From a virus, in the IMG/VR virus record IMGVR_UViG_3300047323_000675: a DNA stretch of 64,000 bases, one strand, 5' to 3'. The position numbers and the translations under genes were made by a program. Shown here one piece after another: positions 8,897 to 20,778 of this stretch. Within the stretch, counting starts at the first letter, position 1, and every line of letters starts with the position of its first letter. The notes under the pieces are model-generated. The model ran no database searches. It was not told the DNA's origin and was given only the letters and a program-made list of their open reading frames with translations.

Positions 8897-10654
8897 ATGG
8901 GAATATTTATGCTCAATTTTAGTAATCAAGAAATATTGAATAGCACTTTATTGTCAAGTATGGCATATATTGAAGATAGAGATATTCGTGGTGGAGAATT
9001 GTATCTTCAACAATTAGTGCCTAAATCTCAAACTCAAGATTTCCTTAACAGAAATAATATTACTACAGAAACTATAAAATCAATAGAAGACTTTGATAAA
9101 TATGTAAACTTTTATTTAGAAGAGGTAAGAAACCTTCCACTATTTAAAAGAGTAATGGGACAAAAAGCTAGATTTTATCAAAGATTTAAAGATGAATTTT
9201 ATATTCAATATAATTCCTCTGATTATAAAGCTGAAGATGATGAGGATACCCAGTTTAAATTCTTTTATAACTTAGCAAAGCAAGATGCTATTATTGAAAC
9301 TAAAAGAATTATTACAGAACAAATGATGAAAGAATTAAAACTTTCTGGAGTTATGTTTGAAACTTATAAAACAAAAATTGATAACGATATAATAACAAGA
9401 ATAGATTATAAAGACTCAAATAATATTAAGAGAAAAATATTAAATAGAGATGCTAGTGCTTTATGGCAAAAATTTACACCTATATCATTTTCAAAAGAAT
9501 TAAAAGATAAATATAAACTTTACGATCCAAAAAATAATAACAATATAAAAGCTACTTTCAGCATTTTAGGTTATATAGATGTAGCTAAAGTAAATAACCC
9601 AGGCCATAGAGAAAAACTTACAAAAGATGCCTCTGTATTAGTTGGATATGTAAAAGAAAATGATGAAGATGTTTTATATATATCTTTTCGTGGAACAGAA
9701 CAAAAAGTAAAGTCTGCTTTAAAATATTTCTTGGAAAATTACCCTAATATGGAAAGGCAATATAATTATTTTGAACCTATCCTAAAAGATATAATAGAAG
9801 TAGAAAGTAAAAAATATAAAGAATTACATCCTGATAAAAAACTTAAAGTTATTTTTACAGGACATAGCTTGGGAGCAGCTTTGGCCGAGAAAGCCCTAGA
9901 TAAATTTCAAGATAATGAAAATATTTCCTATAAAGGTATATTTGTTTCAAATCCTGGTTCATTTCACTACTTACAAAATGTAGTTAATAAATTAGATAAA
10001 TTTGAATACGATATAGATAGAATTAAAAATAGCCAAATTAATACTAATAAAGCTAAATTCTTAGCATTAGGTGCAGAAGTTATGGAAGTTGGCATTAAAT
10101 CCGTAAAAGCAACTTTACTTTTAGGTGTTGCTTTTACTAGCTATTTAAGTGGCTCCATAAATATAAAAATGCATCTTAGAGAAGATGAAATATCTAATTA
10201 TCCTAATGGATTTTCATTATATTCGGATAATTTTTTACAAAATTTAGAAAATTCAATTATTAAATTGTTTTCTAGAGGAATAACAGGAACAATTAAAAAA
10301 CTAGCTACTCCTATTATTGATAAAAAAAATGCTGATCCAAGAGCATGCACTATTAATCATGAACAAGATAATATACCCAAAATTGGTAGAGCTTTATTTC
10401 AAAATAATAATCCTCAACAAGTAATTTTAAAAGATTTACTTCCCATTGATGAAAGTCCTAACTTTTTAGGAAAAGTATTCCAAATTGATTATCATGGTAG
10501 AGATGCTTATTATTCGGAACTTAAAAAATTATCTATGCTTGGCGATATTTATCAACCTCAAGTTAGTGAAGATAAAGAGCCAGTTATTCAAAGGATTAAG
10601 AATTTAAGAAATAATTTTAATAATACAGAAACACAAAAGTATAAAATTAGATAA
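8897..10654 (+). CDS. Lipase class 3-like alpha/beta hydrolase
   Basis: YISFRGTE, IFTGHSLGAALA nucleophile elbow, candidate Asp (HEQDNIP) and His (DYHG). Confidence 0.8.
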   Translation: MGIFMLNFSNQEILNSTLLSSMAYIEDRDIRGGELYLQQLVPKSQTQDFLNRNNITTETIKSIEDFDKYVNFYLEEVRNLPLFKRVMGQKARFYQRFKDEFYIQYNSSDYKAEDDEDTQFKFFYNLAKQDAIIETKRIITEQMMKELKLSGVMFETYKTKIDNDIITRIDYKDSNNIKRKILNRDASALWQKFTPISFSKELKDKYKLYDPKNNNNIKATFSILGYIDVAKVNNPGHREKLTKDASVLVGYVKENDEDVLYISFRGTEQKVKSALKYFLENYPNMERQYNYFEPILKDIIEVESKKYKELHPDKKLKVIFTGHSLGAALAEKALDKFQDNENISYKGIFVSNPGSFHYLQNVVNKLDKFEYDIDRIKNSQINTNKAKFLALGAEVMEVGIKSVKATLLLGVAFTSYLSGSINIKMHLREDEISNYPNGFSLYSDNFLQNLENSIIKLFSRGITGTIKKLATPIIDKKNADPRACTINHEQDNIPKIGRALFQNNNPQQVILKDLLPIDESPNFLGKVFQIDYHGRDAYYSELKKLSMLGDIYQPQVSEDKEPVIQRIKNLRNNFNNTETQKYKIR

Positions 10655-10658
10655 TAAA

Positions 10659-10678
10659 AAAGCCTCATAAGAGGCTTT
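10659..10678. terminator. Intrinsic terminator between convergent genes
   Basis: AAAGCCTC-ATAA-GAGGCTTT. Confidence 0.8.
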
Positions 10679-10690
10679 ATATATTAGGAG

Positions 10691-11431
10691 TTATACTTTA
10701 ATTTTTTTGTTTGTTTTTTCATTGCCAATTAAATCGTTTTCTAGTTCTATTTTTAGTAACTTCTTTTCATGATAATTATTAATAGCTATGACTCTTTGAT
10801 TCTTATCTCTATAGTTAGTCCAATAAGGTTCTTTGGCAGAGCAATTGATGAAAATACTTTCTACTTCTTCTAAATTAAAGGGCTTCCAATTAGATAAATC
10901 TTTATCAAAATTACTTCCGTAAAACATAATTTCCATACGATTTACTTTTGAAACATCCCAATTGCAGATATCGCCATTAAAATTAGAGTTGTTAAACATT
11001 CCTCGCATATCTTTTACATTAGATACATCCCATTTTGAAAGATCACCAATAAAACTGGAATTATAAAACATTTGCCTCATATTGTTTACTTTGGAAGTAT
11101 TCCATTTAGATATATCACCGTTAAATTTAGAATATTGAAACATACAATTCATATTCTTAACATTAGCGGTATTCCATTTTGATATATCCCCATTAAACAT
11201 AGAACCATAGAATAAATGACTCATATTAATAACATTAGAGGTGTCCCATTGAGAAATATCTCCATTAAAACATGAAGATACAGCTAAATAATCTGAAAAT
11301 AATTCGCTTAAGTCTCTAATATTACTTATGTCTATATGATTTAGATCACACTCTTTTCCATTAATTCTAATTTCATCTTGGATTAAGTTTACTAAATGTC
11401 TTTTATTTTGTGCAATTATTTTAGATTTCAT
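10691..11431 (-). CDS. DUF285/BspA-like repeat protein
   Basis: 24-aa FNGDISxWxxSxVxxMxxMF repeats; CDLNHID N-cap; tail NKKIKV. Confidence 0.9.
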   Translation of the reverse strand: MKSKIIAQNKRHLVNLIQDEIRINGKECDLNHIDISNIRDLSELFSDYLAVSSCFNGDISQWDTSNVINMSHLFYGSMFNGDISKWNTANVKNMNCMFQYSKFNGDISKWNTSKVNNMRQMFYNSSFIGDLSKWDVSNVKDMRGMFNNSNFNGDICNWDVSKVNRMEIMFYGSNFDKDLSNWKPFNLEEVESIFINCSAKEPYWTNYRDKNQRVIAINNYHEKKLLKIELENDLIGNEKTNKKIKV

Positions 11432-12150
11432 ATTTTTAATTTTTTTATTTCACTTTTATTATTATTCAAATCATGAATTAATTCATTTTTTAAACAATAT
11501 TTTTCAATAGCTAATTTTCGTTCTTCCGCAGTTTCAAAAACACTCCAATAAGGAAAATATGTAGACTTGTCGTGATACATAGCAAAACTATTTTCTAAAT
11601 TAATCGGTTTCCAACTAGATAAATTTTTATTAAATGGAGCTTCATAAAACATATATTCCATTTCTGTTACATTGGAAACATCCCATTGACTAATATCTTT
11701 ATTAAAAAAAGAACGCATAAACATTCTATTCATATTTTGAACATTTGATGTATTCCATTTAGAAATATCACCATTAAATTCAGAATCCATAAACATTCTA
11801 TTCATATTTTGAACATTTGATGTATTCCATTTGGAAATATCACCTTTAAATTTAGAATGAGCAAAAACAGAATACATGTTTGTTACTTTAGAAGTATCCC
11901 AATTACTTATGTCGCCATTAAAAATAGATGAACAAAATAAATTTTCCATATTCGTAACTTGAGAAGTGTCCCAATCAGATATATTTCCGTTAAAGTATTT
12001 GAATAAAATTTTACTAAATAAACCACTTATATTAGTAACTTCTTTTATATCAATATGATTTAAATCACATTCAAACCCATTAATGGTTATTGATTCCTGA
12101 ATTAAACGAATTAAATCATCTCTATCTTGAGCTATTACTTTTGGTTTCAT
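11428..12150 (-). CDS. DUF285/BspA-like repeat protein
   Basis: Same repeats; near-exact internal 72-bp duplication starting at 11716 and 11788; tail IKKLKI. Confidence 0.9.
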   Translation of the reverse strand: MKPKVIAQDRDDLIRLIQESITINGFECDLNHIDIKEVTNISGLFSKILFKYFNGNISDWDTSQVTNMENLFCSSIFNGDISNWDTSKVTNMYSVFAHSKFKGDISKWNTSNVQNMNRMFMDSEFNGDISKWNTSNVQNMNRMFMRSFFNKDISQWDVSNVTEMEYMFYEAPFNKNLSSWKPINLENSFAMYHDKSTYFPYWSVFETAEERKLAIEKYCLKNELIHDLNNNKSEIKKLKI

Positions 12151-12788
12151 ATCTTTAATTTTTTCTTTTCAACTTCGTTATTGATTAAATCTTTCTGTAA
12201 CTCTTTTTCTAACCAATATGAATCAATAGCTTTTCTTCTTTCTTCTTTATCTACAATTTTCGCCCAGTAAACATCAAAATCTAGCGGAAATGAAGGATCT
12301 ATATATAAATTATATGGCTTCCATTTAGATAAATCAAAATTTATATTTTTCTTTTCAAACATATTGTCCATATCACTAACTTTAGATACATCCCAATTAG
12401 AAATATCGCCATTAAATTTTGAATTATAAAACATAAGATACATATCTCTTACATTAGAAACATCCCAATTACTTATATCACCATTAAACTGAGAATTTTG
12501 AAACATTCTTTTCATACTTACTACTTTTGAAGTATTCCATTTTGAAATATCACCATTAAATCTAGAGGAAGTAAACATTTGATACATACTTTCTACATTT
12601 GATACATCCCATTCTGAAATATTACCATTAAATTTTTCAGTCCCAAGGGTGGCAAACAAATTTTCCATATCTGTAATATTGCTTACATCTATATGATTTA
12701 AATCACAATTATTACCACTTTGGTAAATTTCTTCAGCAATCAAATTATGTAAGTCTCTTTGATTTTCAGCTATAACTTTAGGTTTCAT
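12147..12788 (-). CDS. DUF285/BspA-like repeat protein
   Basis: Same repeats; tail EKKKLKI. Confidence 0.9.
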   Translation of the reverse strand: MKPKVIAENQRDLHNLIAEEIYQSGNNCDLNHIDVSNITDMENLFATLGTEKFNGNISEWDVSNVESMYQMFTSSRFNGDISKWNTSKVVSMKRMFQNSQFNGDISNWDVSNVRDMYLMFYNSKFNGDISNWDVSKVSDMDNMFEKKNINFDLSKWKPYNLYIDPSFPLDFDVYWAKIVDKEERRKAIDSYWLEKELQKDLINNEVEKKKLKI

Positions 12789-13705
12789 AATTTTAATTTT
12801 TTAATACTATTATTTTGTTTAATATTTAATTCTTTATCTAACCAATAATTATTAATAGAAATAACTATTTCTTTATTTGTTTTATAATTAGCCCAATACG
12901 GAACATTTGACACATTGTTTTCAAAAGCTCTATCACTTCTTTTCAAACTATAAGGCTTCCAATTATTTAAATTTCCATTAAACTGTGCATCTGAAAAAAT
13001 ATTATCCATATATTCAACATTAGAAACATCCCAATTTGATATATCTTTGTTAAATTGAGATTCCTGAAACATATAGCTCATGTCTGTCACATTAGATACA
13101 TCCCACTTTGATATATCTCCGTTAAAAACAGAGCCGTAAAAAATAGCATTCATACTCTTAACATTAGAAACATTCCAATTACTAATGTCACCTGTGAATT
13201 GAGAACCTGAAAACATAATACTCATACTTTCAACATTAGAAACATCCCATTTACTAATGTCACCATTAAATTTTGATTTACCAAACATTATTCCCATTCT
13301 TTTAACACGAGAGACATCCCAATTAGAAATGTCTCCATTAAATTCAGAATTACTAAACATACTACTCATATCATCAACTTTAGAAACATTCCATTTTGAT
13401 AAATCACCATTAAATTTACTAGCACGGAACATATCTGACATAATTTTTACATTTGAAACATCCCAATTACTAATATCACCATTAAATTCAGAGCCAAGAA
13501 ATAAGTTTTTCATAGTATTTACATTTTTTGTATTCCACTTTGAAATATCACCATTAAAATTTGATTGATAAAATAAATCGCTTAAATCTGTAATATTAGA
13601 AATATCAATATGATTTAAATCGCATTCAAGACCATTTAAACTAATTTCATTTTGAATTAAGTCTATTAAACTTCTTTTATCTTTAGCTACTATAGTTGGT
13701 TTCAT
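12785..13705 (-). CDS. DUF285/BspA-like repeat protein
   Basis: About 9 repeats; tail SIKKLKL. Confidence 0.9.
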   Translation of the reverse strand: MKPTIVAKDKRSLIDLIQNEISLNGLECDLNHIDISNITDLSDLFYQSNFNGDISKWNTKNVNTMKNLFLGSEFNGDISNWDVSNVKIMSDMFRASKFNGDLSKWNVSKVDDMSSMFSNSEFNGDISNWDVSRVKRMGIMFGKSKFNGDISKWDVSNVESMSIMFSGSQFTGDISNWNVSNVKSMNAIFYGSVFNGDISKWDVSNVTDMSYMFQESQFNKDISNWDVSNVEYMDNIFSDAQFNGNLNNWKPYSLKRSDRAFENNVSNVPYWANYKTNKEIVISINNYWLDKELNIKQNNSIKKLKL

Positions 13706-14415
13706 ATCTTTAATTTTTTCTGTTTGATTTCACTATCATTTAAATCTTCATCCAATTCTTTTTTCATCCAATAAGCATTAATAGCTTTACTTCGTTCATC
13801 TTTATCTTCTATTTCAGCCCAATAGGGAATAGGTGCGGAGCATTCAAAAAAAGCAAAATCTAAATACTGTAAATCATACGGTTCCCAGTTAGATAAATCA
13901 CCATTAAATTTAGAATTTGAGAAAGCAGACTTCATATTAATAACATTAGACACATCCCAATTACTAATATCGCCATTAAAGTCACTTTCTTCAAACATTT
14001 CATATATATGCTTAACACTAGATGTATTCCATTTAGATAAGTCCCCGTTAAATGTTGTATCTGCAAACATTCTATTCATTGCAATAACATTTTCTACATT
14101 CCAATTACTAATATCACGATTAAATGGTGAACCTTTAAACATATTTCTCATATCAACTACTTTTGATACATTCCATTTAGAGATATCACCATTAAAATCA
14201 GAAAATTCAAACATGTAACCCATATGGTCAACATTACTAACATTCCATTCAGAAATATCTCCATTAAATTCTGAACAAGTAAATAAATAGCTCATATTTG
14301 TAATATTACTTACATCAATATGATTCAAAGAACACTCATTACCATTTAATTCAATCTCTTTTTGGATTAACTCTTTTAGATGCTCTTTATTTTTAGCAGT
14401 AATAGTCGTTTTCAT
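13702..14415 (-). CDS. DUF285/BspA-like repeat protein
   Basis: Same repeats; tail KQKKLKI. Confidence 0.9.
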   Translation of the reverse strand: MKTTITAKNKEHLKELIQKEIELNGNECSLNHIDVSNITNMSYLFTCSEFNGDISEWNVSNVDHMGYMFEFSDFNGDISKWNVSKVVDMRNMFKGSPFNRDISNWNVENVIAMNRMFADTTFNGDLSKWNTSSVKHIYEMFEESDFNGDISNWDVSNVINMKSAFSNSKFNGDLSNWEPYDLQYLDFAFFECSAPIPYWAEIEDKDERSKAINAYWMKKELDEDLNDSEIKQKKLKI

Positions 14416-15125
14416 ATTTTAGGCTTTTTATTTTTAATATCATTATTAATTAATTCACTATCCAACTGTTTTTGTAATGAATAAGCATCAATAGCTTTTT
14501 TTCTTTTATCTTTATTCTTAATTTTAGCCCAATATGGGATTGGAGATTCACACATATCAAAAATACCATTTATATTTCCTAAATTATATGGTCGCCATTC
14601 TGATACATCTTTTGTGAATAATGACTTATAAAAGATCATTTTCATATCTTCAACTTTAGATACATCCCAATTAGATATATCGCCATTAAATTTAGCTCTA
14701 CAAAACATACTATATAAACTTGTTACTTCTGATACATTCCATTTAGAAATGTCACCATTAAAATTAGAATCACTAAACATACTAGACATTTTTTGTACAT
14801 TACTAACATCCCAATTGCTTATCTCTTTATTAAACTGTGAACAAGCAAACATGTTATCCATCTTTTTTACATTGGACACATTCCATTTACTGATATCTCC
14901 ATCAAATTTTGAATTTGCAAACATCCCATTCATATCCATTACTTTTGATACATCCCATTGAGATATGTCTCCATTGAATTCAGAGCCAAAAAATAATCCT
15001 TTCATATCTATAATATTAGAAACATCAATATGATTTAAATTACATTTATTTCCATTTAATGATATTCCCTGTTCAATCAGTTCTGTTAAATGTTCTTTAT
15101 TTTGAGCGATTATGGTTGGTTTCAT
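14412..15125 (-). CDS. DUF285/BspA-like repeat protein
   Basis: Same repeats; tail KNKKPKI. Confidence 0.9.
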   Translation of the reverse strand: MKPTIIAQNKEHLTELIEQGISLNGNKCNLNHIDVSNIIDMKGLFFGSEFNGDISQWDVSKVMDMNGMFANSKFDGDISKWNVSNVKKMDNMFACSQFNKEISNWDVSNVQKMSSMFSDSNFNGDISKWNVSEVTSLYSMFCRAKFNGDISNWDVSKVEDMKMIFYKSLFTKDVSEWRPYNLGNINGIFDMCESPIPYWAKIKNKDKRKKAIDAYSLQKQLDSELINNDIKNKKPKI

Positions 15126-15145
15126 ATTTTTAATTTATATTTTCT

Positions 15146-16294
15146 TCACATTTTTAATTTTTTTGGTTTAATTACATCATTATTATTTAATTCTTTGTGC
15201 AATTCCTTTTGTAATAAATAAGCTCCGATAGCTCTTTTTCTAGCTCCAACATCGTTAAATTTAGACCAATAAGGAATTGGTGCTTCAGATAGTTCAAATA
15301 TGTTAGTTATATCTATTGCACGATATGGTTTCCAATTAGTTAAATTTTTATTAAATTTTGATTTCTCAAACATACAACTCATATTGTTAACATTTGATAT
15401 TTTCCATTTCGATAAATCTCCGTTAAACTCAGAATGAGAAAACATCTTTTTCATATTTCTAACTTTTGATACATTCCAATTTGAAATATCACCATTAAAT
15501 TTTGACTGCTCAAACATATGGCTCATATCTGTCACCTTTGATACATTCCAATTACTAATATCTCCATTAAATTCTGAACAATTAAATGTACATGCCATAC
15601 TTATAACATTAGACACATCCCAGTTACTTATATCACCATTAAATTCTGTTTTTTCAAACATGCTTGCTATATTTACAACATTAGACACATTCCATTTACT
15701 TAAATCTTTATTAAATTTAGATTCTTTAAACATTTCATACATAGAAATGACATGAGAAGTATCCCATTTAGAAATATCACCATTAAATTCTGATTTACTA
15801 AACATACCAATTAAATGTGTTGCTTTAGAAAGAACCCAATTGGAAATATCGCCATTAAATTTAGAATTAGAGAACATTTCATTTACAGTAAAAGCATTGG
15901 CAAGATTCCATTTAGATATATCTCCATTAAATATAGAATTTGAAAAAATTCTATCTAGATTAATTACATTAGAAACATTCCATTTTGATATATCACCATT
16001 AAATTGAGAATTCATAAACATTTCAATCATACCTTTTACATTAGACACATCCCATTCTGATATGTCACCGTTAAATTGAGAATTACAGAACATTCCACTC
16101 ATATCCTCTACATTGGAAACATTCCATTTACTAATATCACCATTGAATTGTGTTCCTCTAAATAGATGCCTCATTTGAGTAATATTGGATACATCAATAT
16201 GATTCAAAGAACATTCATTACCATTTATTGCAATTTCATTTTCAATTAAATTATGTAAATGCTTATTATCTTTAGCTATAATTATATTTTTCAT
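15146..16294 (-). CDS. DUF285/BspA-like repeat protein
   Basis: About 12 repeats; tail KPKKLKM. Confidence 0.9.
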   Translation of the reverse strand: MKNIIIAKDNKHLHNLIENEIAINGNECSLNHIDVSNITQMRHLFRGTQFNGDISKWNVSNVEDMSGMFCNSQFNGDISEWDVSNVKGMIEMFMNSQFNGDISKWNVSNVINLDRIFSNSIFNGDISKWNLANAFTVNEMFSNSKFNGDISNWVLSKATHLIGMFSKSEFNGDISKWDTSHVISMYEMFKESKFNKDLSKWNVSNVVNIASMFEKTEFNGDISNWDVSNVISMACTFNCSEFNGDISNWNVSKVTDMSHMFEQSKFNGDISNWNVSKVRNMKKMFSHSEFNGDLSKWKISNVNNMSCMFEKSKFNKNLTNWKPYRAIDITNIFELSEAPIPYWSKFNDVGARKRAIGAYLLQKELHKELNNNDVIKPKKLKM

Positions 16295-16421
16295 ATTTTT
16301 AATTTTTTCTTATTATTACTATTATTTTAGTTTTCATCTTCTTATTAAATTATAAAATATTAAATTGAGTTTACAAAATAATTATGATAAAGTAATCACA
16401 ATATAATAAAGAAAGGAACAA

Positions 16422-16625
16422 ATGACTAAATTTTATATGGATATAAGCCACAACTATGCATCATTTAAATTAAACGATAAAACCATATTTATAGATAGTT
16501 TTGATAACTTAAATTTTGAAGTAAGAGTAGGAACGATAGAAAAGCCAGAATATCTAGTTAATATTGAAGCTAAGTCTACTGAAGAACTAAATAAAAAGTT
16601 ATCTGAATTAGCTGAACAAATTTGA
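16422..16625 (+). CDS. Small hypothetical protein
   Basis: 67 aa, AAGGA SD, terminator downstream. Confidence 0.75.
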   Translation: MTKFYMDISHNYASFKLNDKTIFIDSFDNLNFEVRVGTIEKPEYLVNIEAKSTEELNKKLSELAEQI

Positions 16626-16636
16626 GATAGAAAAAT

Positions 16637-16660
16637 AAAAGCCCATGAAGGGCTTTTTTT
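16637..16660. terminator. Intrinsic terminator between convergent genes
   Basis: AAAAGCCC-ATGAA-GGGCTTTTTTT. Confidence 0.8.
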
Positions 16661-16708
16661 GTTTAATTGTTTATAATTTTACCTTTTCTGCTTTTTTCAT
16701 ACTAAGTA

Positions 16709-17083
16709 TTATTTTTTAAAAGATTCACGAACCTTTTGGTCAGCTTTAACTAAATCATCTAAAAATTTATCACATCGTTCTTTTTTAGCCTCACAAAGAA
16801 GATCCCTTTTAATTGAAACTAGTCCATCATTTCCAATATTTTCTGAAACTGTCATTTTTACTACTGAGGGATATATTGGAGATTCTTTAGGAACAAAAGC
16901 CCATATTATATGATTAGTATCATCCGTAGCCATAATTTGACCATTAATATTTCTCATTTCAATTCTCTTATTAGCTTTAAGTACAGAAAAAGCTTCCGAA
17001 ACAGATTTATATTCAATTTTAGGTTGAGCATGAACAGATGAATATAAACATAATAATAAAGCTAATAATTTAATTTTTTTCAT
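16709..17083 (-). CDS. Secreted/periplasmic protein
   Basis: Sec signal ending VHA; C-terminal LCEAKKERC Cys pair. Confidence 0.8.
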   Translation of the reverse strand: MKKIKLLALLLCLYSSVHAQPKIEYKSVSEAFSVLKANKRIEMRNINGQIMATDDTNHIIWAFVPKESPIYPSVVKMTVSENIGNDGLVSIKRDLLCEAKKERCDKFLDDLVKADQKVRESFKK

Positions 17084-17132
17084 AATTTATCTTTAGAAAA
17101 TTAAATAATAATTAACAAAATAATATAAATAA

Positions 17133-17921
17133 TCAAATCTTTACATTTTTTCTACTCATCTCACTTATAGCAAGATCTTTATTCAATTCTTTATATAAAT
17201 TGAAAGAGTCAATCGCTTGTATTCTTTTCTCTTGTTCTTCAATCTCTGCCCAATAAGGAATATTTTTATAATTATTATCAAATATATTTTCAATAGAATT
17301 TAATGCATATGGTTTCCAATCAGATAAATCAGTATTAATTTTTGATTCAAAAAACATATATCTCATAATTTTTACTTTGGATACATTCCATTTAGAAATA
17401 TCACAATTCATTTGTGATTTACTGAACATTCCATCCATATTTTGGACATTAGAGACATCCCATTGACTTAAATTTGTAGAAAAATTAGTGCAAAAAAACA
17501 TACTACTCATATTTATTACATTAGATGTATTCCATTTAGAAAGGTCTTGGTTAAACTCACTATTCCAAAAAAACATACAATTCATACATTCAACATTTGA
17601 AACATTCCATTGAGAAATATTTCCATTAAATTTAGAACTCCAAAACATTTGACTCATTGTTTTAACTTTAGAAACATCCCAATTACTGATATCTCCATTA
17701 AATTTAGAATTGATGAACATTTCATTCATATTCTCAACATTTGAAACATCCCATTTAGAAATGTCACCATTAAATTTTGTGTTTGCAAATAACTCACTCA
17801 TATCTGTAATATTAGAAACATCGATATGATTTAAATCACAATTACCACCAAATTTTCTTCGTGCTTTTTTAATCAATTGTTTTAAGTGTTCTTTATCTTT
17901 AGCGATAATGGTAATGTTCAT
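17133..17921 (-). CDS. DUF285/BspA-like repeat protein
   Basis: Same repeats; tail SRKNVKI. Confidence 0.9.
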   Translation of the reverse strand: MNITIIAKDKEHLKQLIKKARRKFGGNCDLNHIDVSNITDMSELFANTKFNGDISKWDVSNVENMNEMFINSKFNGDISNWDVSKVKTMSQMFWSSKFNGNISQWNVSNVECMNCMFFWNSEFNQDLSKWNTSNVINMSSMFFCTNFSTNLSQWDVSNVQNMDGMFSKSQMNCDISKWNVSKVKIMRYMFFESKINTDLSDWKPYALNSIENIFDNNYKNIPYWAEIEEQEKRIQAIDSFNLYKELNKDLAISEMSRKNVKI

Positions 17922-17985
17922 ATATTATGATTAGCAAATTTTATGAAATTATAACAAATTTACTTTAAATAAGAAACTAAAAAAT

Positions 17986-18014
17986 TTGACAATATTTTTC
18001 TTAATATATATGAT
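17986..18014 (+). promoter_or_regulatory. Sigma70-like promoter
   Basis: TTGACA-17-TATGAT upstream of 18038. Confidence 0.65.
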
Positions 18015-18037
18015 TTAATAAAACTACAGGACTTAAA

Positions 18038-18331
18038 ATGAATAAGCAAGAACAATTAGCATGGGCTAAAAAAGAATTGAAAGCAATAATGGATGATTCT
18101 AATAAAACCCGTTATAAAGCACTTGTATCTACACCTAATGATTTATTGTCCCTTGAAGAAGCTTTTCTTTTTATAGCCAATTCAAAAGCACAAGCATATA
18201 AATCATCTATGCTAGGCAACTATCAACAATCTTTTAATTGGGTTAATGAAAATTCCGATATGGCCAAAAGTATTCTTCTACTACAGCAAAATATAATTGC
18301 TATTAATGATGTTGCCATGCTTCCTGATTAA
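18038..18331 (+). CDS. Hypothetical protein
   Basis: 97 aa, AGGA SD, own promoter and terminator. Confidence 0.8.
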   Translation: MNKQEQLAWAKKELKAIMDDSNKTRYKALVSTPNDLLSLEEAFLFIANSKAQAYKSSMLGNYQQSFNWVNENSDMAKSILLLQQNIIAINDVAMLPD

Positions 18332-18341
18332 TATATAAAAG

Positions 18342-18366
18342 AAAAGCCCCTAGATGGGGCTTTTTT
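18342..18366. terminator. Intrinsic terminator between convergent genes
   Basis: AAAAGCCCC-TAGAT-GGGGCTTTTTT. Confidence 0.85.
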
Positions 18367-18368
18367 CA

Positions 18369-18503
18369 TCAAATCTTACGCTGAACATCTTTTGCTAATT
18401 CTTGCACTTTTTCACCACCCTTTTGAACATCCTGACCAATACCACTAATAGTATTGCAACCAGTTAATCCTACTAACAATAATATCGCAAATATTTTTTT
18501 CAT
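18369..18503 (-). CDS. Entericidin A/B family lipoprotein (not in ORF track)
   Basis: Hand translation MKKIFAILLLVGLTGCNTISGIGQDVQKGGEKVQELAKDVQRKI; lipobox LTG-C, CNT..G.GQD motif; AAGGAG SD. Confidence 0.85.
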   Translation of the reverse strand: MKKIFAILLLVGLTGCNTISGIGQDVQKGGEKVQELAKDVQRKI

Positions 18504-18615
18504 CAAAGACTCCTTAGTTATAATGAAAATATAAAATATTTTTATAGAAATGCAATTATTGTAATCATATTCTTTTTTGGTAAAATATTATAAATAATAT
18601 ATTTAGAGGAAAAAA

Positions 18616-19305
18616 ATGGCAAAGAAAATAAAGCATCCATATATTTTAGATACAACTTATCAAGTCTATGAAAATGGTCAGTTTGATGAATTAGAAAATG
18701 TTATAGTTAAAATTTATGAATACACAGATAAAGCTGAGGAAGAACAATTAGATCTTGACGAAAGAAAAGATTACTTGGAAATTAGAATGAAAAGAATTAT
18801 CCCAAGCAGAGAAATAAACGATGTATTAGACATTGCAGATAGTGACAGTGCTGAACTTTTACATGCAATAGCTCCAATTTTAAAAGAAGGTCATGAAGAA
18901 TTCATTGCTAGTGCTTTAAAAATTGATGACTATATATTATTAGATAAATATATTTATATTGATACTATTGAAAAACATGGTGATTTCTTAGAACAATCTA
19001 TTCCTGCTGCAATCTCTAGAGCGTTAACTGTAATAACAAAAGGTTTAGAACCTGAAGATTGGGTTGCAGTTATGTATGAGGCTCACACAATATCTGAACA
19101 AAATAATGAAGTTGATATGAAGAGGAATAAAGTTGGTTCTATACTTAAAAACTTAGGATTCCTTGCTTTACCTGAGGTAGTATCTAATGTAGAAAAAGAG
19201 CATAATGTTCTTAATATTGTAGGTGGAAATACCTTAAATAAAAATTTAGAGTATTCTCCTGAATTGCTAGAAGAAAAGAAAAAAGATAAAAAAATTAAGC
19301 CTTAA
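18616..19305 (+). CDS. Acidic hypothetical protein
   Basis: 229 aa, GAGGA SD; ends KKKDKKIKP. Confidence 0.8.
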   Translation: MAKKIKHPYILDTTYQVYENGQFDELENVIVKIYEYTDKAEEEQLDLDERKDYLEIRMKRIIPSREINDVLDIADSDSAELLHAIAPILKEGHEEFIASALKIDDYILLDKYIYIDTIEKHGDFLEQSIPAAISRALTVITKGLEPEDWVAVMYEAHTISEQNNEVDMKRNKVGSILKNLGFLALPEVVSNVEKEHNVLNIVGGNTLNKNLEYSPELLEEKKKDKKIKP

Positions 19306-19307
19306 AT

Positions 19308-19328
19308 AAAGCCCCTTAATGGGGCTTT
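19308..19328. terminator. Intrinsic terminator between convergent genes
   Basis: AAAGCCCC-TTAAT-GGGGCTTT. Confidence 0.8.
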
Positions 19329-19329
19329 A

Positions 19330-20121
19330 TTATATTTTTATTTTTTTAAGTTGAATATCATTTTTAATCAAATCATTATCCAACTCCTTATTTAACCAAT
19401 ATTTATCAATAGCTTTTTTTCTATCTTCGTTATCATCATAATTAGCCCAATAAGGAATTGGAGCAATAGACTCTTCAAATATTGTTAATGCAGCTTCAAA
19501 CATTAATAAATATGGTTTCCAATTAGACAAGTCTCCATTAAATTCTGATCTAGAAAATAATCCTGGAGCATTTTGTAAGCTAAAAACATTCCAATTACTT
19601 AAATTGCCATTAAATTTAGAATCAGAAAACATAGAATTCATATTTTTAACTTTTGACACATCCCATTGACTTATATCACCATTGAATTTTGAAGCCCAAA
19701 ACATGGCTATCATATCTTTTACACTAGATGTATTCCATTTAGAAATATCACCATTAAATTCAGAATGAGAAAACATATGTCCCATATGATGCACTTGTGA
19801 TACATCCCATTTAGATATCTCTCTATTAAATTCAGAGTTGTTAAACATTCCTATCATACTCTGAACATTAATCACATTCCATTGGCTTATATCACCATTG
19901 AATTTAGAACTATCAAACATGCAATTCATGTTAATAACATTAGAGACATCCCATTGGCTTATGTCACCATTAAATTTTGAATCATAAAATAACCTTTCCA
20001 TATCCTCTATCTTTGAAACATCAATATGATTCAACTCACATTGATTTCCATTAAGTGCAATCTCATTATTAATTAATTGTTCTAAATGTTCTTTATTTAT
20101 TGCGATAACTTTAGGTTTCAT
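19330..20121 (-). CDS. DUF285/BspA-like repeat protein
   Basis: Same repeats; tail QLKKIKI. Confidence 0.9.
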   Translation of the reverse strand: MKPKVIAINKEHLEQLINNEIALNGNQCELNHIDVSKIEDMERLFYDSKFNGDISQWDVSNVINMNCMFDSSKFNGDISQWNVINVQSMIGMFNNSEFNREISKWDVSQVHHMGHMFSHSEFNGDISKWNTSSVKDMIAMFWASKFNGDISQWDVSKVKNMNSMFSDSKFNGNLSNWNVFSLQNAPGLFSRSEFNGDLSNWKPYLLMFEAALTIFEESIAPIPYWANYDDNEDRKKAIDKYWLNKELDNDLIKNDIQLKKIKI

Positions 20122-20705
20122 ATCTTCATTCTTTTACTATTATTTCCTTCATTACTTAAACTATCATAAAGTTCTTGTGCTTGAACAAATTTTTCATAAC
20201 GGTTTAATATTCCAGGAACAAATTGCTTAGATCTATCTTGCATAAGATAATAGTCTTTTTTAATCCTTTCAATATAAGGACGAATATCCATTTTATAATC
20301 AAAAACTAAATACTCAAGCATATGTTTTGGAGCTAGGTTGAAACAATACATACAATCTAAACGAGCATAATCTTTTGTTTTAGCATCAGTTAACAAGAAT
20401 TTAGCAGATTCTACTGCACCTTCCTGAACAGCACATCTTAATGCTTCATTACATTTTTGCGGTAAGTTAATCTCCTTTGGAAATTCGTCAATAAAATATT
20501 TAATAATATCTAAGTGACCATCACCAGCAGCCAATATAAAAGCCTGTTCTTTTTTATATTCTTGAATCCTACTAAAATATTCAAACTCAGTGTTCATCAA
20601 ATATTTTACAGCTTCTAAATCATTTCTTCTAGCAGCAAAAATAAGCTCATTTCCATTATCAATGCTTGGCATATGAAATAATTTCTTTTGTTCTTCAGTA
20701 ATCAT
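20118..20705 (-). CDS. Ankyrin-repeat protein
   Basis: [39 protein letters not shown]; tail NSKRMKI. Confidence 0.85.
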   Translation of the reverse strand: MITEEQKKLFHMPSIDNGNELIFAARRNDLEAVKYLMNTEFEYFSRIQEYKKEQAFILAAGDGHLDIIKYFIDEFPKEINLPQKCNEALRCAVQEGAVESAKFLLTDAKTKDYARLDCMYCFNLAPKHMLEYLVFDYKMDIRPYIERIKKDYYLMQDRSKQFVPGILNRYEKFVQAQELYDSLSNEGNNSKRMKI

Positions 20706-20748
20706 AGTAAATATAAGTTTTTAATTAATTCTAGCAGAAAATAGATGT

Positions 20749-20771
20749 AAAAAAAGCCCTTGGAAGGGCTT
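20749..20771 (-). terminator. Intrinsic terminator after endonuclease gene
   Basis: AAGCCCT-TGGA-AGGGCTT with A-tract on + strand (U-tract on -). Confidence 0.75.
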
Positions 20772-20778
20772 GTGGTTT

